64,000 bases of DNA from Patescibacteria group bacterium. GTDB lineage: Bacteria; Patescibacteriota; Microgenomatia; UBA1406. Below are positions 27,609 through 34,853 of this stretch, in pieces. The notes beneath the pieces are model-generated. The model saw nothing but the letters and a program-made list of their open reading frames with translations, searched no databases and was not told where the DNA came from. Within the stretch, counting starts at the first letter, position 1. Every line of letters begins with the position of its first letter. Where the stretch lies: assembly GCA_041665145.1 (NCBI GenBank), contig JBAYJK010000001.1, forward strand, positions 165,629 to 229,628, read 5' to 3'. The position numbers and the translations under genes were made by a program.

Positions 27609-28679
27609 ATGTCAAAAACAATAACCGAGGTTTTTATGGATTTAGTGCACATACCATCACCGAGCGGCAACGAAAAAAAAGTAGCTGAATATGTGACTCA
27701 ATTTCTGAAACCGCTTGGTTGGAACACATTCATTGACGATAAAGGGAATGTTATCGCACGTACTTCGCACCGTACCGTAAAACCGGTGGTATTTGTTGCT
27801 CACATGGATACGGTTCAAAAACCGGGTGAGATTGTGCGTCCGCAATTTGATGGCATACATTTTACCAGCGATGGTACTACGATTTTGGGAGCAGATGATA
27901 AAGCGAGTGTTGCTGTACTTCTTGCCTTGGCAAGAAGTTTTTATGAAAGCAAAACTGAACCTCCTGTCGTGCTCATATTTACCACCCGAGAAGAGGCGGG
28001 AACGATGAGTTCGTCTGCTCTTTCTTTTGAGGAGATAAATCCACTATTTATCTGTAATGTTGATGGATCAAATGCTTTGGGGACAATTGACTATCGATCA
28101 TATGGTCAAACAATATTCGAGTTGTCGATCCACGGCAAAGCAGCGCATGCCGCTATTGAGCCAGAGAAAGGAGTACACGCTATTTCGATTCTCGCTCGGA
28201 TAGTAAGTGGTTTGCGTATGGGCAAGTCAAAGTCACGAACCCTAAATATTGGCAGTATTTCTGGGGGCGGGGCAACTAACATTGTTCCTGCTACTGCATC
28301 TGTACGTGGCGAGGTGCGGAGTTATAGACAAGCTATGATCAAATCAACACTTGATAAGATCCTGCAGGATGCAACCCGCATAGCGAAAAAATATGGTGCT
28401 ACTGCTCGACTAAAGATAGTAGAGAACACTCCACCATTTATTGGGGCTAAGTCATCTTTTGCGGTAAGTCGTGTTGTAAATGCACTGAAGAAATCCGGCG
28501 TTGCTCCGATAGTACAGAGTGCGACCTATACAAGCGATTCAGGGTATTTGTCTGCTTCGGGGTATCCGACTGTAACGCTTTGTAAGGGTGGATTAAATCC
28601 CCATAGCACGAGCGAATCGATTACTCTGGTGGAGATGGAGATGCTTCTTGAAATTGTGCAAAAGATAATTATTGATTGA
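27609..28679 (+). CDS. M20-family metallopeptidase/amidohydrolase (PepT/ArgE-like)
   Basis: Has IPSPSGNEKKVAEY, VAHMDTV, GADDKASVA, TTREEAG and a dimerisation-domain pattern. The start is moved to ATG 27609 because the track ORF from 27495 overlaps the upstream gene. Confidence 0.8.
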   Translation: MSKTITEVFMDLVHIPSPSGNEKKVAEYVTQFLKPLGWNTFIDDKGNVIARTSHRTVKPVVFVAHMDTVQKPGEIVRPQFDGIHFTSDGTTILGADDKASVAVLLALARSFYESKTEPPVVLIFTTREEAGTMSSSALSFEEINPLFICNVDGSNALGTIDYRSYGQTIFELSIHGKAAHAAIEPEKGVHAISILARIVSGLRMGKSKSRTLNIGSISGGGATNIVPATASVRGEVRSYRQAMIKSTLDKILQDATRIAKKYGATARLKIVENTPPFIGAKSSFAVSRVVNALKKSGVAPIVQSATYTSDSGYLSASGYPTVTLCKGGLNPHSTSESITLVEMEMLLEIVQKIIID

Positions 28680-28704
28680 CAAGTTTAGTACGTACTAGTA
28701 TACT
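28676..28704 (+). promoter_or_regulatory. Sigma70-type promoter TTGACA-17-TATACT driving a leaderless TrpR-family gene
   Basis: TTGACA at 28676-28681, a 17-nt spacer and TATACT at 28699-28704. The ATG at 28713 is 8 nt downstream. Confidence 0.7.
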
Positions 28705-28710
28705 AGTACG
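28691..28710. promoter_or_regulatory. TrpR-type operator: perfect 20-bp palindrome CGTACTAGTATACTAGTACG
   Basis: The core GTACTAGTATACTAGTAC differs from the idealised E. coli trp operator GTACTAGTTAACTAGTAC only at the two central positions. It covers the -10 box and the predicted transcription start. Confidence 0.8.
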
Positions 28711-28712
28711 GT

Positions 28713-28973
28713 ATGAAAAACAAAGCAGAAATCGAACAGCTGGTACATGTATTACTTAATCTTAGCAACAAGGAAAGAATGGTGGATTTTCTAGAGGGTA
28801 TTTTGACACCTTCAGAACTTGAGGAAGTTGCTCATAGGCTGCAGATAGTAAAAATGTTGAAACTAGGTGTACCGCAAAAAAATATAGCTAAGGAATTGGG
28901 TGTCGGTATTGCAACCGTTACCCGGGGATCTCGTGAGTTGAAGCAAAACAGATTTTCGTATCTTTGGCAATAA
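28713..28973 (+). CDS. TrpR-family (Trp repressor / YerC-YecD-like) DNA-binding protein, 86 aa
   Basis: Has the HTH region NIAKELGVGIATVTRGSRELK (compare E. coli TrpR ELGAGIATITRGSNSLK). The preceding helix motif is LTPSELEEVAHRLQIV. Confidence 0.85.
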   Translation: MKNKAEIEQLVHVLLNLSNKERMVDFLEGILTPSELEEVAHRLQIVKMLKLGVPQKNIAKELGVGIATVTRGSRELKQNRFSYLWQ

Positions 28974-28977
28974 AGCT

Positions 28978-29024
28978 GGCTCGTGTGTGTTTTCTGAGAA
29001 GAGAACGTGCACGAGCCATTTTTT
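28978..29024 (+). terminator. Intrinsic terminator after the TrpR-family gene
   Basis: GGCTCGTG (28978-28985) pairs with CACGAGCC (29010-29017), and T6 follows at 29019-29024. Confidence 0.65.
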
Positions 29025-29117
29025 GTGGCAATTATTATTAGTTACAAATAACTGTTATGTCAGCTGAAAATGCTTTTCCAGTGATCGGAGACGTGGGACT
29101 CGTCTCATCCAGGTTTA

Positions 29118-29783
29118 TTGAGTTACAAAATGGGTTTCCCTGGCGTCATAAAAACACATATAGTCGGGGACGGTATTGAAGGGTTTGACCGCGTGCACGA
29201 AATGACCGAACTTACCTCAAATGCTTTTGGAGTTATGATGGACGAACCGGATGTTGCTCGGCATCTGCTTGGGCACCTTGTGGTAGATGTGGCAGTTGAA
29301 AACAGATCGATAGGGTTTGCAAGCGCCAAGTATTTCAGAACTCAAGCAGGAAACGTCTTATATATTTCCGGAATGGCAATCCATAAAGATTTTCAAGGCC
29401 AGAGAATTGGACCATTGTTGGTTTCTGAAATGTACGACTATTACCAACAGGCAGGAAAAGATGTTGCATATATAGCAGGAAGAACATCAAATCCAAGAGT
29501 AGCCCGATCACGAAGGGTATATTGCGAGGGTAATGGTACATATCCGATTGACCGTGCACCCGACGATAAAGTGGTTGTTGTGGCACAGCATATCCGACAG
29601 GCATTGGGTATGGTGGGAGCTTTTGATCCGTCAACTTTGGTATGTAAAGATGTATATCGCCAACCCTTATACATTGAGCGCCCGAGTAGCGGCGACCAAA
29701 AAATCGATACATTCTTTTTAAGAAATGTAGGAACACGTGATGCGGTTTTTATAATCGGAATTCCTGATTTTAGCAGTTCATAG
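29118..29783 (+). CDS. GNAT-family acetyltransferase-like protein
   Basis: Has ISGMAIHKDFQGQRIGPLLVSEMYDYY (Q-x-x-G-x-G/A-like CoA motif). The start is uncertain: TTG at 29118 or ATG at 29130. Confidence 0.5.
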   Translation: MSYKMGFPGVIKTHIVGDGIEGFDRVHEMTELTSNAFGVMMDEPDVARHLLGHLVVDVAVENRSIGFASAKYFRTQAGNVLYISGMAIHKDFQGQRIGPLLVSEMYDYYQQAGKDVAYIAGRTSNPRVARSRRVYCEGNGTYPIDRAPDDKVVVVAQHIRQALGMVGAFDPSTLVCKDVYRQPLYIERPSSGDQKIDTFFLRNVGTRDAVFIIGIPDFSSS

Positions 29784-29792
29784 AAACCGACC

Positions 29793-30710
29793 ATGTTACC
29801 AGAATTAATTATAGACACAGATGCGGGTCACGACGATATTTTGGCCATTATACTGTTGGTTAAATCAAAACTTTTTAGTATTAAGGCTATTACTACGGTG
29901 GCGGGAAATTCCTCAATTAGAAATGTAACGCGGAATGTATTTTATGTGCTTAACTTATTGCATGAGTCAAATATTCCCATATATTCGGGTTTCCCGTCAC
30001 CTCTTAAACGAAGACTTATTAAAGCAGTTATACACGGCAAAAACGGACTCTCCGGTGCGGACACATCAAAAACAAAATATCACCTGACTAAAGATGCTCC
30101 GGAACAATTAATCAAGATTGTCAAAAATTCACCCCGAAAAGTAACAATCTTGACACTCGGTCCATTATCAAATATTGCGCGGGTGTTGCAAAAAGACCAC
30201 TCAATTGCGACTTCAATAGACAAGATAGTTATGATGGGTGGGTCGTTAAACGGTTATGGTAATAAAAGCAGAGTTGCTGAATTTAATATGTTTGTAGACC
30301 CGGAAGCCGCAGATATTGTATTTAAATCACCCATTCAAAAAATATTACTTCCACTAGATGCTTGTAACGAATGCGCATTTTCTTTAAAAAGCTTTACGCA
30401 ATTACCTACATCCGTTTTGAATACAGCTATTACACAGATGATGAGAGAATATATCTCGAAGATAAAAATTCGGACAGGTATAGAAGGAACTCTGGTTTAT
30501 GATGCGCTTGCGGCTTATTACCTTATCAGTCCAACAGTCTTTACAACTCGCCTTATGGATATCGTGATTGAGAAAAGAGGAAAATATACATCCGGGATGA
30601 CAGTAGCTGAGCGGCGGTTTAGTGTTGTAAAAAAGAATAATGTGAGCGTTATAGAAAAAGTAGAGTACGAAAAGTTTAAGAGTTACTTTTTTGCTTTGTT
30701 AAAAAGTTAA
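29793..30710 (+). CDS. Inosine-uridine-preferring nucleoside hydrolase family (IUNH), copy 1
   Basis: Has the N-terminal Asp cluster LIIDTDAGHDDILAI (DxDxxxDD) and the family-typical length of 305 aa. Confidence 0.85.
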   Translation: MLPELIIDTDAGHDDILAIILLVKSKLFSIKAITTVAGNSSIRNVTRNVFYVLNLLHESNIPIYSGFPSPLKRRLIKAVIHGKNGLSGADTSKTKYHLTKDAPEQLIKIVKNSPRKVTILTLGPLSNIARVLQKDHSIATSIDKIVMMGGSLNGYGNKSRVAEFNMFVDPEAADIVFKSPIQKILLPLDACNECAFSLKSFTQLPTSVLNTAITQMMREYISKIKIRTGIEGTLVYDALAAYYLISPTVFTTRLMDIVIEKRGKYTSGMTVAERRFSVVKKNNVSVIEKVEYEKFKSYFFALLKS

Positions 30711-31014
30711 AGTAACCTCCGCACCCGCGATAAAGCCAATGGGCAACGCGGGTGACGGTTGCAGTTGATGTTTTTAATTTTTTAGCAATTTCCTTATATG
30801 AACTGCCGGTAAAAATAAGGCGGGCCATCTCGAGACGGTTGGCAAACTCTTCTATTTCAGCAGGGGTTAGCATGTCCCGCATAAGCGCTGCCGCTGCAGC
30901 CGTATCTTTCAATGAAGCAAATGCTCGTGTTAAATTTTCCTCCTTAATGTTACGGGGAGAAAAGTGCTCTGACTGTTTAAATTTACTAACAACACCTGTC
31001 CGCGCTTTTACCAT
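30676..31014 (-). CDS. TrpR-family / YerC-YecD-like regulator, copy 2 (112 aa)
   Basis: Has LTPAEIEEFANRLEMARL and the HTH EIAKKLKTSTATVTRVAHWL. The leaderless-type start has TGaTATAGT 6 nt upstream on the minus strand. Its 3' end overlaps the IUNH copy 1 gene by 35 nt (convergent). Confidence 0.8.
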   Translation of the reverse strand: MVKARTGVVSKFKQSEHFSPRNIKEENLTRAFASLKDTAAAAALMRDMLTPAEIEEFANRLEMARLIFTGSSYKEIAKKLKTSTATVTRVAHWLYRGCGGYFNFLTKQKSNS

Positions 31015-31033
31015 ATTTCTACTATATCACAGT

Positions 31034-31061
31034 CACTCCATTTAATTGTTTAAATGGAGTG
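31034..31061. promoter_or_regulatory. Candidate operator: perfect 12-bp inverted repeat CACTCCATTTAA-N4-TTAAATGGAGTG
   Basis: It sits between the divergent promoters of the TrpR-family copy 2 gene and the PRT-HAD operon, and abuts the plus-strand -35 box. Confidence 0.65.
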
Positions 31062-31062
31062 C

Positions 31063-31091
31063 TTGACATCAATGTATTAATGTGATAATAT
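31063..31091 (+). promoter_or_regulatory. Promoter TTGACA-17-TAATAT with TG extension
   Basis: TTGACA at 31063-31068, a 17-nt spacer, TG at 31083-31084 and TAATAT at 31086-31091. Confidence 0.7.
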
Positions 31092-31100
31092 GTTGAAGTC

Positions 31101-31169
31101 ATGAATATTTTACGCAAAAATATAGTTAGTCAAGAAATGCATCATAGCCCCACTCATTCGGGGCAATAA
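31101..31169 (+). CDS. Candidate 22-codon leader peptide MNILRKNIVSQEMHHSPTHSGQ
   Basis: The ATG is 9 nt after the -10 box. The His codons at 31140-31145 immediately precede hairpin arm 1. The stop at 31167-31169 lies just past arm 2. Confidence 0.35.
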   Translation: MNILRKNIVSQEMHHSPTHSGQ

Positions 31170-31198
31170 ATTTACCGCAACAAAATAGAAATTTATCA

Positions 31199-31220
31199 CC
31201 CCGCCAATGGCGGGGTTTTT
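31199..31220 (+). terminator. Leader terminator/attenuator hairpin CCCCGCC-aat-GGCGGGG + T5
   Basis: A 7-bp GC stem is followed by TTTTT, 36 nt upstream of ATG 31257. An alternative pairing of CGGGG (31159-31163) with CCCCG (31199-31203) is possible. Confidence 0.6.
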
Positions 31221-31256
31221 AGTGGGTTAAAACATTAATAATTAAAACAAAAAAAC

Positions 31257-32840
31257 ATGAAACCAGAAATACCAAAGTACATATTGACTGATGATAGCCG
31301 GGCACTTTTCTCTAAGTTAAACGGAGGAGAAGACATTATTGAAGATAGAGTATTTAACCAGGCTGCATCAAAATATTTTGCGATCATTAATCAGCAAATC
31401 GAGCAGGCATTTGATGGGCCACTGAAGATAGTTGGGGAAACGGAAAGAAGAATTGAAAGCCGACTGCAAAGCAGGGTTCGCTCCATTCTGAAATCGGATC
31501 AGAATGTAGTCTGTATTTGTCTGGACCGGTTTCTCTTCGCTGATTTTGATAAAGACCAGACCTTTGCTGACAGGTTTTTTAGATTTAGTACGTGTCGGAC
31601 TATTGACGGACGAAAAGAACCTCGACAAGGAAATCCTTCGTTTGCAGACCAAATTCAGAACTTGCTGAGAAGCATTCCCGATATTAGAAATAGGAAGGTG
31701 GTTGTCGTCGATGACGGTCTGTTTTCTGGCGGTACTATTAATGATTTCCTGATGTTACTCAAAAGTAACGGGATTGAAATAAATCTGGAAAAAATAATCG
31801 GATACATGGGTCCCCGATCGGTCATGAAAGCTTCAGACAGAAAAACTGAAATCCTGCAGCCCATAGACAATTTATTTGAATGGGTGGATGTGCGTGATTT
31901 TAGCCCGCTTGGAGGTAAAAAACTAAATGCCAGTGCCAATAATATGGTAACCACATCAATCCCATATTTATACCCATGGAGTGAGGGAAGTGCGGCAACA
32001 CTCGATATGTCTCCCGCATTTTTTGATACCAGTATCGCGATTATGAAAGGATTCAGACAATTAGTAGTAACGTACGAACTTTTGCGAAATACCAAATTAA
32101 GGTTCAGAGATTTGATTAAGGCCGGTTACCCTTTACCAACCGATAAAGAAAAGACTGTTCCCATCTCAATTAATGACACTGTTACCGATTATTTGGATCG
32201 TTGTATTGGTTTGGTGGAACAAGAGAAAAATAGAAAAGTGGTTATTTGCGACATGGATGGAACGTTTTACCAGCTTGATGGTAAAGGAGGTGGTTATCAA
32301 AATTCTAAGCTAGAGTTAGCAGTACAAACCAATGCCTTATTATTTATACAACGTAGAGAGAAATGCACACCCGATCAAGCACAGTTAATATTTTCTAGAG
32401 CCCAACAAGATCCAGTGGGGGCAAGTTTGTTCTTAGCGGAGAAATATGGAATTTCCCGTACAGATTATTTTAATGAAGTCTGGAATATCGATCCTGCTGG
32501 AATAGTTGTTAATTACGAAGTTGCAACTGGGTCGTTGTGCCAGTTTAAAGGAAAGTACCCGGGGGTGAAACTAGTTTTATTAACGTCAGCTCCCAGAGTT
32601 TGGGCTGAAAAAGTTTTAAAATTCTTGGGTATCAGGGAGCAATTTGAGCTTATATATACCGGAGAACAATTTGGGTCAAAAACAGAAGTTTTTGCACTGC
32701 TAGCTGGTCGTTATAAACCGGAAAACATGCTGTCTATTGGTGATCAGCAGGCAACTGATATTGAACCAGCTCAACAATTGGGAATGAGCACTCTCGTAAT
32801 TAATAGCCCCGACGAAGTTAGTAGAATATTACAATTATGA
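31257..32840 (+). CDS. Fusion protein: type I phosphoribosyltransferase-like N-domain + HAD-superfamily hydrolase C-domain
   Basis: Has the PRPP-binding motif KVVVVDDGLFSGGTI. HAD motif I is VVICDMDGTF, motif II is LLTSAP and motif III/IV is SIGDQQATD. Confidence 0.7.
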   Translation: MKPEIPKYILTDDSRALFSKLNGGEDIIEDRVFNQAASKYFAIINQQIEQAFDGPLKIVGETERRIESRLQSRVRSILKSDQNVVCICLDRFLFADFDKDQTFADRFFRFSTCRTIDGRKEPRQGNPSFADQIQNLLRSIPDIRNRKVVVVDDGLFSGGTINDFLMLLKSNGIEINLEKIIGYMGPRSVMKASDRKTEILQPIDNLFEWVDVRDFSPLGGKKLNASANNMVTTSIPYLYPWSEGSAATLDMSPAFFDTSIAIMKGFRQLVVTYELLRNTKLRFRDLIKAGYPLPTDKEKTVPISINDTVTDYLDRCIGLVEQEKNRKVVICDMDGTFYQLDGKGGGYQNSKLELAVQTNALLFIQRREKCTPDQAQLIFSRAQQDPVGASLFLAEKYGISRTDYFNEVWNIDPAGIVVNYEVATGSLCQFKGKYPGVKLVLLTSAPRVWAEKVLKFLGIREQFELIYTGEQFGSKTEVFALLAGRYKPENMLSIGDQQATDIEPAQQLGMSTLVINSPDEVSRILQL

Positions 32841-33745
32841 ATCAAATAATCATTGATACAGATCCGGGAGTTGACGATGCCTTAGCGATCGCCCTAGCTT
32901 GTCTTTCAAAACTGAATGTGGTCGCTCTGACAACGGTTTATGGTAATGTCAATATTGCCGATTCAACTCGCAATGCACTGACGATATTGTCAGTCATTAA
33001 TAAAAAAGTTTCCGTATACCAAGGGGCGAGTAAACCTTTGATAAATAATGCGATCAAGGCGCAATCTCACGGAGAAAAAGGATTGGGTGGATTCGCAACC
33101 AAACTTAATTGGCAAAAAAGCCGGCGTAGTGCACGAAAATACTTGGAAGATACCTTTGGCTCAGCAGCGGATACGTCTATTACGCTTGTATGTATTGGTC
33201 CTGCAACTAACATTGCCAAATTATTTATTGCCAATCCTCAATCTGTAACAAAAATAAAAGACCTCGTGATTTTAGGTGGGGTATTTAACGAAAAAGGGAA
33301 TATGTCTCAATATTCCGAGTTTAATGCTATCAATGACCCTGAAGCATTAAAAATAGTTTTAAATGCCAATTGCAATAAGGTGCTGATACCTATAAACATT
33401 TGCAGGAAGGTTGTCTTTAAAAAAAGTGATTTTAATAAACTAATAAATAAGAAATTACAGCGATCTTTTGGCGCTATTGCCGATGCTTATATCAACTATT
33501 ATACCTCTGGAAGTAAATATGGTCAGTTTACCGGTGGAGTAATGTACGATTTGCTCACTGTTGTCTATCTTCTAGAGCCGAAGTTATTTAAAACTATAGA
33601 TGCAAATGTAAATGTCATCACAAGATTGGGCCCAATGTACGGTAGGACCATAATAAAGAAAATAGGAAAAGTGAATTGCCGCGTCGTCAGCGAAATTAAG
33701 CCAAGAAAAGTAAAGCAAGTATTTTTTAACGTTTTAAATAAATAA
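32837..33745 (+). CDS. Inosine-uridine-preferring nucleoside hydrolase family (IUNH), copy 2
   Basis: Has IIIDTDPGVDDALAI. Its start overlaps the stop of the upstream gene (ATGA). Confidence 0.85.
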   Translation: MNQIIIDTDPGVDDALAIALACLSKLNVVALTTVYGNVNIADSTRNALTILSVINKKVSVYQGASKPLINNAIKAQSHGEKGLGGFATKLNWQKSRRSARKYLEDTFGSAADTSITLVCIGPATNIAKLFIANPQSVTKIKDLVILGGVFNEKGNMSQYSEFNAINDPEALKIVLNANCNKVLIPINICRKVVFKKSDFNKLINKKLQRSFGAIADAYINYYTSGSKYGQFTGGVMYDLLTVVYLLEPKLFKTIDANVNVITRLGPMYGRTIIKKIGKVNCRVVSEIKPRKVKQVFFNVLNK

Positions 33746-33747
33746 AA

Positions 33748-34839
33748 ATGGAACTAACAAAAATTCTTTCTAAGCTAATCACAATTCCTTCTTTTGTCGA
33801 TGAGAAAAACAACGAGCAAAAACTTGCCGTTTTTATCGAAAGTTATTTGAAGGTTAATGCTCCTTGGCTTAACTTGTCGCGCCAGTATGTGGCTGAGGAC
33901 CGATGGAATATTATCGCCGGTGAAGCTAAAAACCCGGAACTGGTTTTTGTCTGTCACATGGATACGGTGCAACCTACAGGTGATACGCAAAAAATGCTCT
34001 CTCCGTCAGAAAAAGACGGGTATATCTATGGGCTTGGAGCAGCCGACATGAAAGGCGGAACTGCAGCATTGCTTGCGGCGATAAAAGCTGTTGGTCCGAC
34101 AAAAAATGTCGCATATGTGTTTGACTGCGACGAAGAATATTACTTCAAGGGAGCCAAACAGTTATTGAAAAAATGTAAGTGGAATCCCCAACTGGTTATT
34201 TGTCCCGAACCGACGGATATGGAAATCGTAAACGGTTGTCGTGGAATTATTGAGATAAAATTAGACGTAATCGGAAAAAGTGCGCATGCCGGACGGCCTG
34301 ATTTTGGAATCAATGCAATCGAAAAAGCTGTTGCTGTTATCTCGGAACTTAAGAGTAAGATAGGCGAGTTTGATGAGAAGAAACTCGGTAGAACAACAGT
34401 GAACTTAAGTAGATTGGATGGGGGGAAATTACAGAATGGACAGATAATTACCCAAGGGAATGCAGTCCCCGATGTTGCGCGCGTACTCTTGGACATACGA
34501 CCGGCAAGCAATAAATTGAATGGCGATAGAATAATAAGGATGCTTATGACTATTGCGAAAAGGAATAATGTGACGTTGTCAGGTCCGACTGTTACGATTG
34601 ATTATCCGGCATATTATTCAATTCCGAACGAATGTATTAATAGGCCATATCGAGCCAATTTAGGAAAAGGTGGTTTTTACGAAGCGGCTTTATTTTCCCG
34701 AGCCTGGCAATGTACGGCATTTACATTCGGTCCGGGTGACGCAAGTACTTCGCACAGCCCTGATGAGCGGGTAAAACTAGCTGACTTGACGAGTGTAAAG
34801 AAGGTATTCGAAAAGCTTCTATTGACATATCGTGTATAA
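33748..34839 (+). CDS. M20-family amidohydrolase (ArgE/DapE-like), copy 2
   Basis: Has CHMDTV, GAADMKGG, DCDEEY and SAHAGRP motifs. Confidence 0.8.
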   Translation: MELTKILSKLITIPSFVDEKNNEQKLAVFIESYLKVNAPWLNLSRQYVAEDRWNIIAGEAKNPELVFVCHMDTVQPTGDTQKMLSPSEKDGYIYGLGAADMKGGTAALLAAIKAVGPTKNVAYVFDCDEEYYFKGAKQLLKKCKWNPQLVICPEPTDMEIVNGCRGIIEIKLDVIGKSAHAGRPDFGINAIEKAVAVISELKSKIGEFDEKKLGRTTVNLSRLDGGKLQNGQIITQGNAVPDVARVLLDIRPASNKLNGDRIIRMLMTIAKRNNVTLSGPTVTIDYPAYYSIPNECINRPYRANLGKGGFYEAALFSRAWQCTAFTFGPGDASTSHSPDERVKLADLTSVKKVFEKLLLTYRV

Positions 34840-34853
34840 TTATCATAGTTAAA

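Noticed and set aside
29057-29179. A 40-codon ORF (MSAENAFPVIGDVGLVSSRFIELQNGFPW...) overlaps the start of the 29118 GNAT-like gene in another frame. It could be a frameshifted N-terminus at AAAATGGGTTTCCC.
   Set aside because: Only about 20 codons lie upstream of the overlap and no motif evidence supports them. The GNAT-like protein is already full length without them. This cannot be resolved without homologues or reads.
30676-30710. A 35-nt convergent overlap between IUNH copy 1 and the TrpR-family copy 2 gene, as a possible antisense-regulation feature.
   Set aside because: Short 3' overlaps are common in compact genomes. There is no additional structure or signal to support a specific mechanism.
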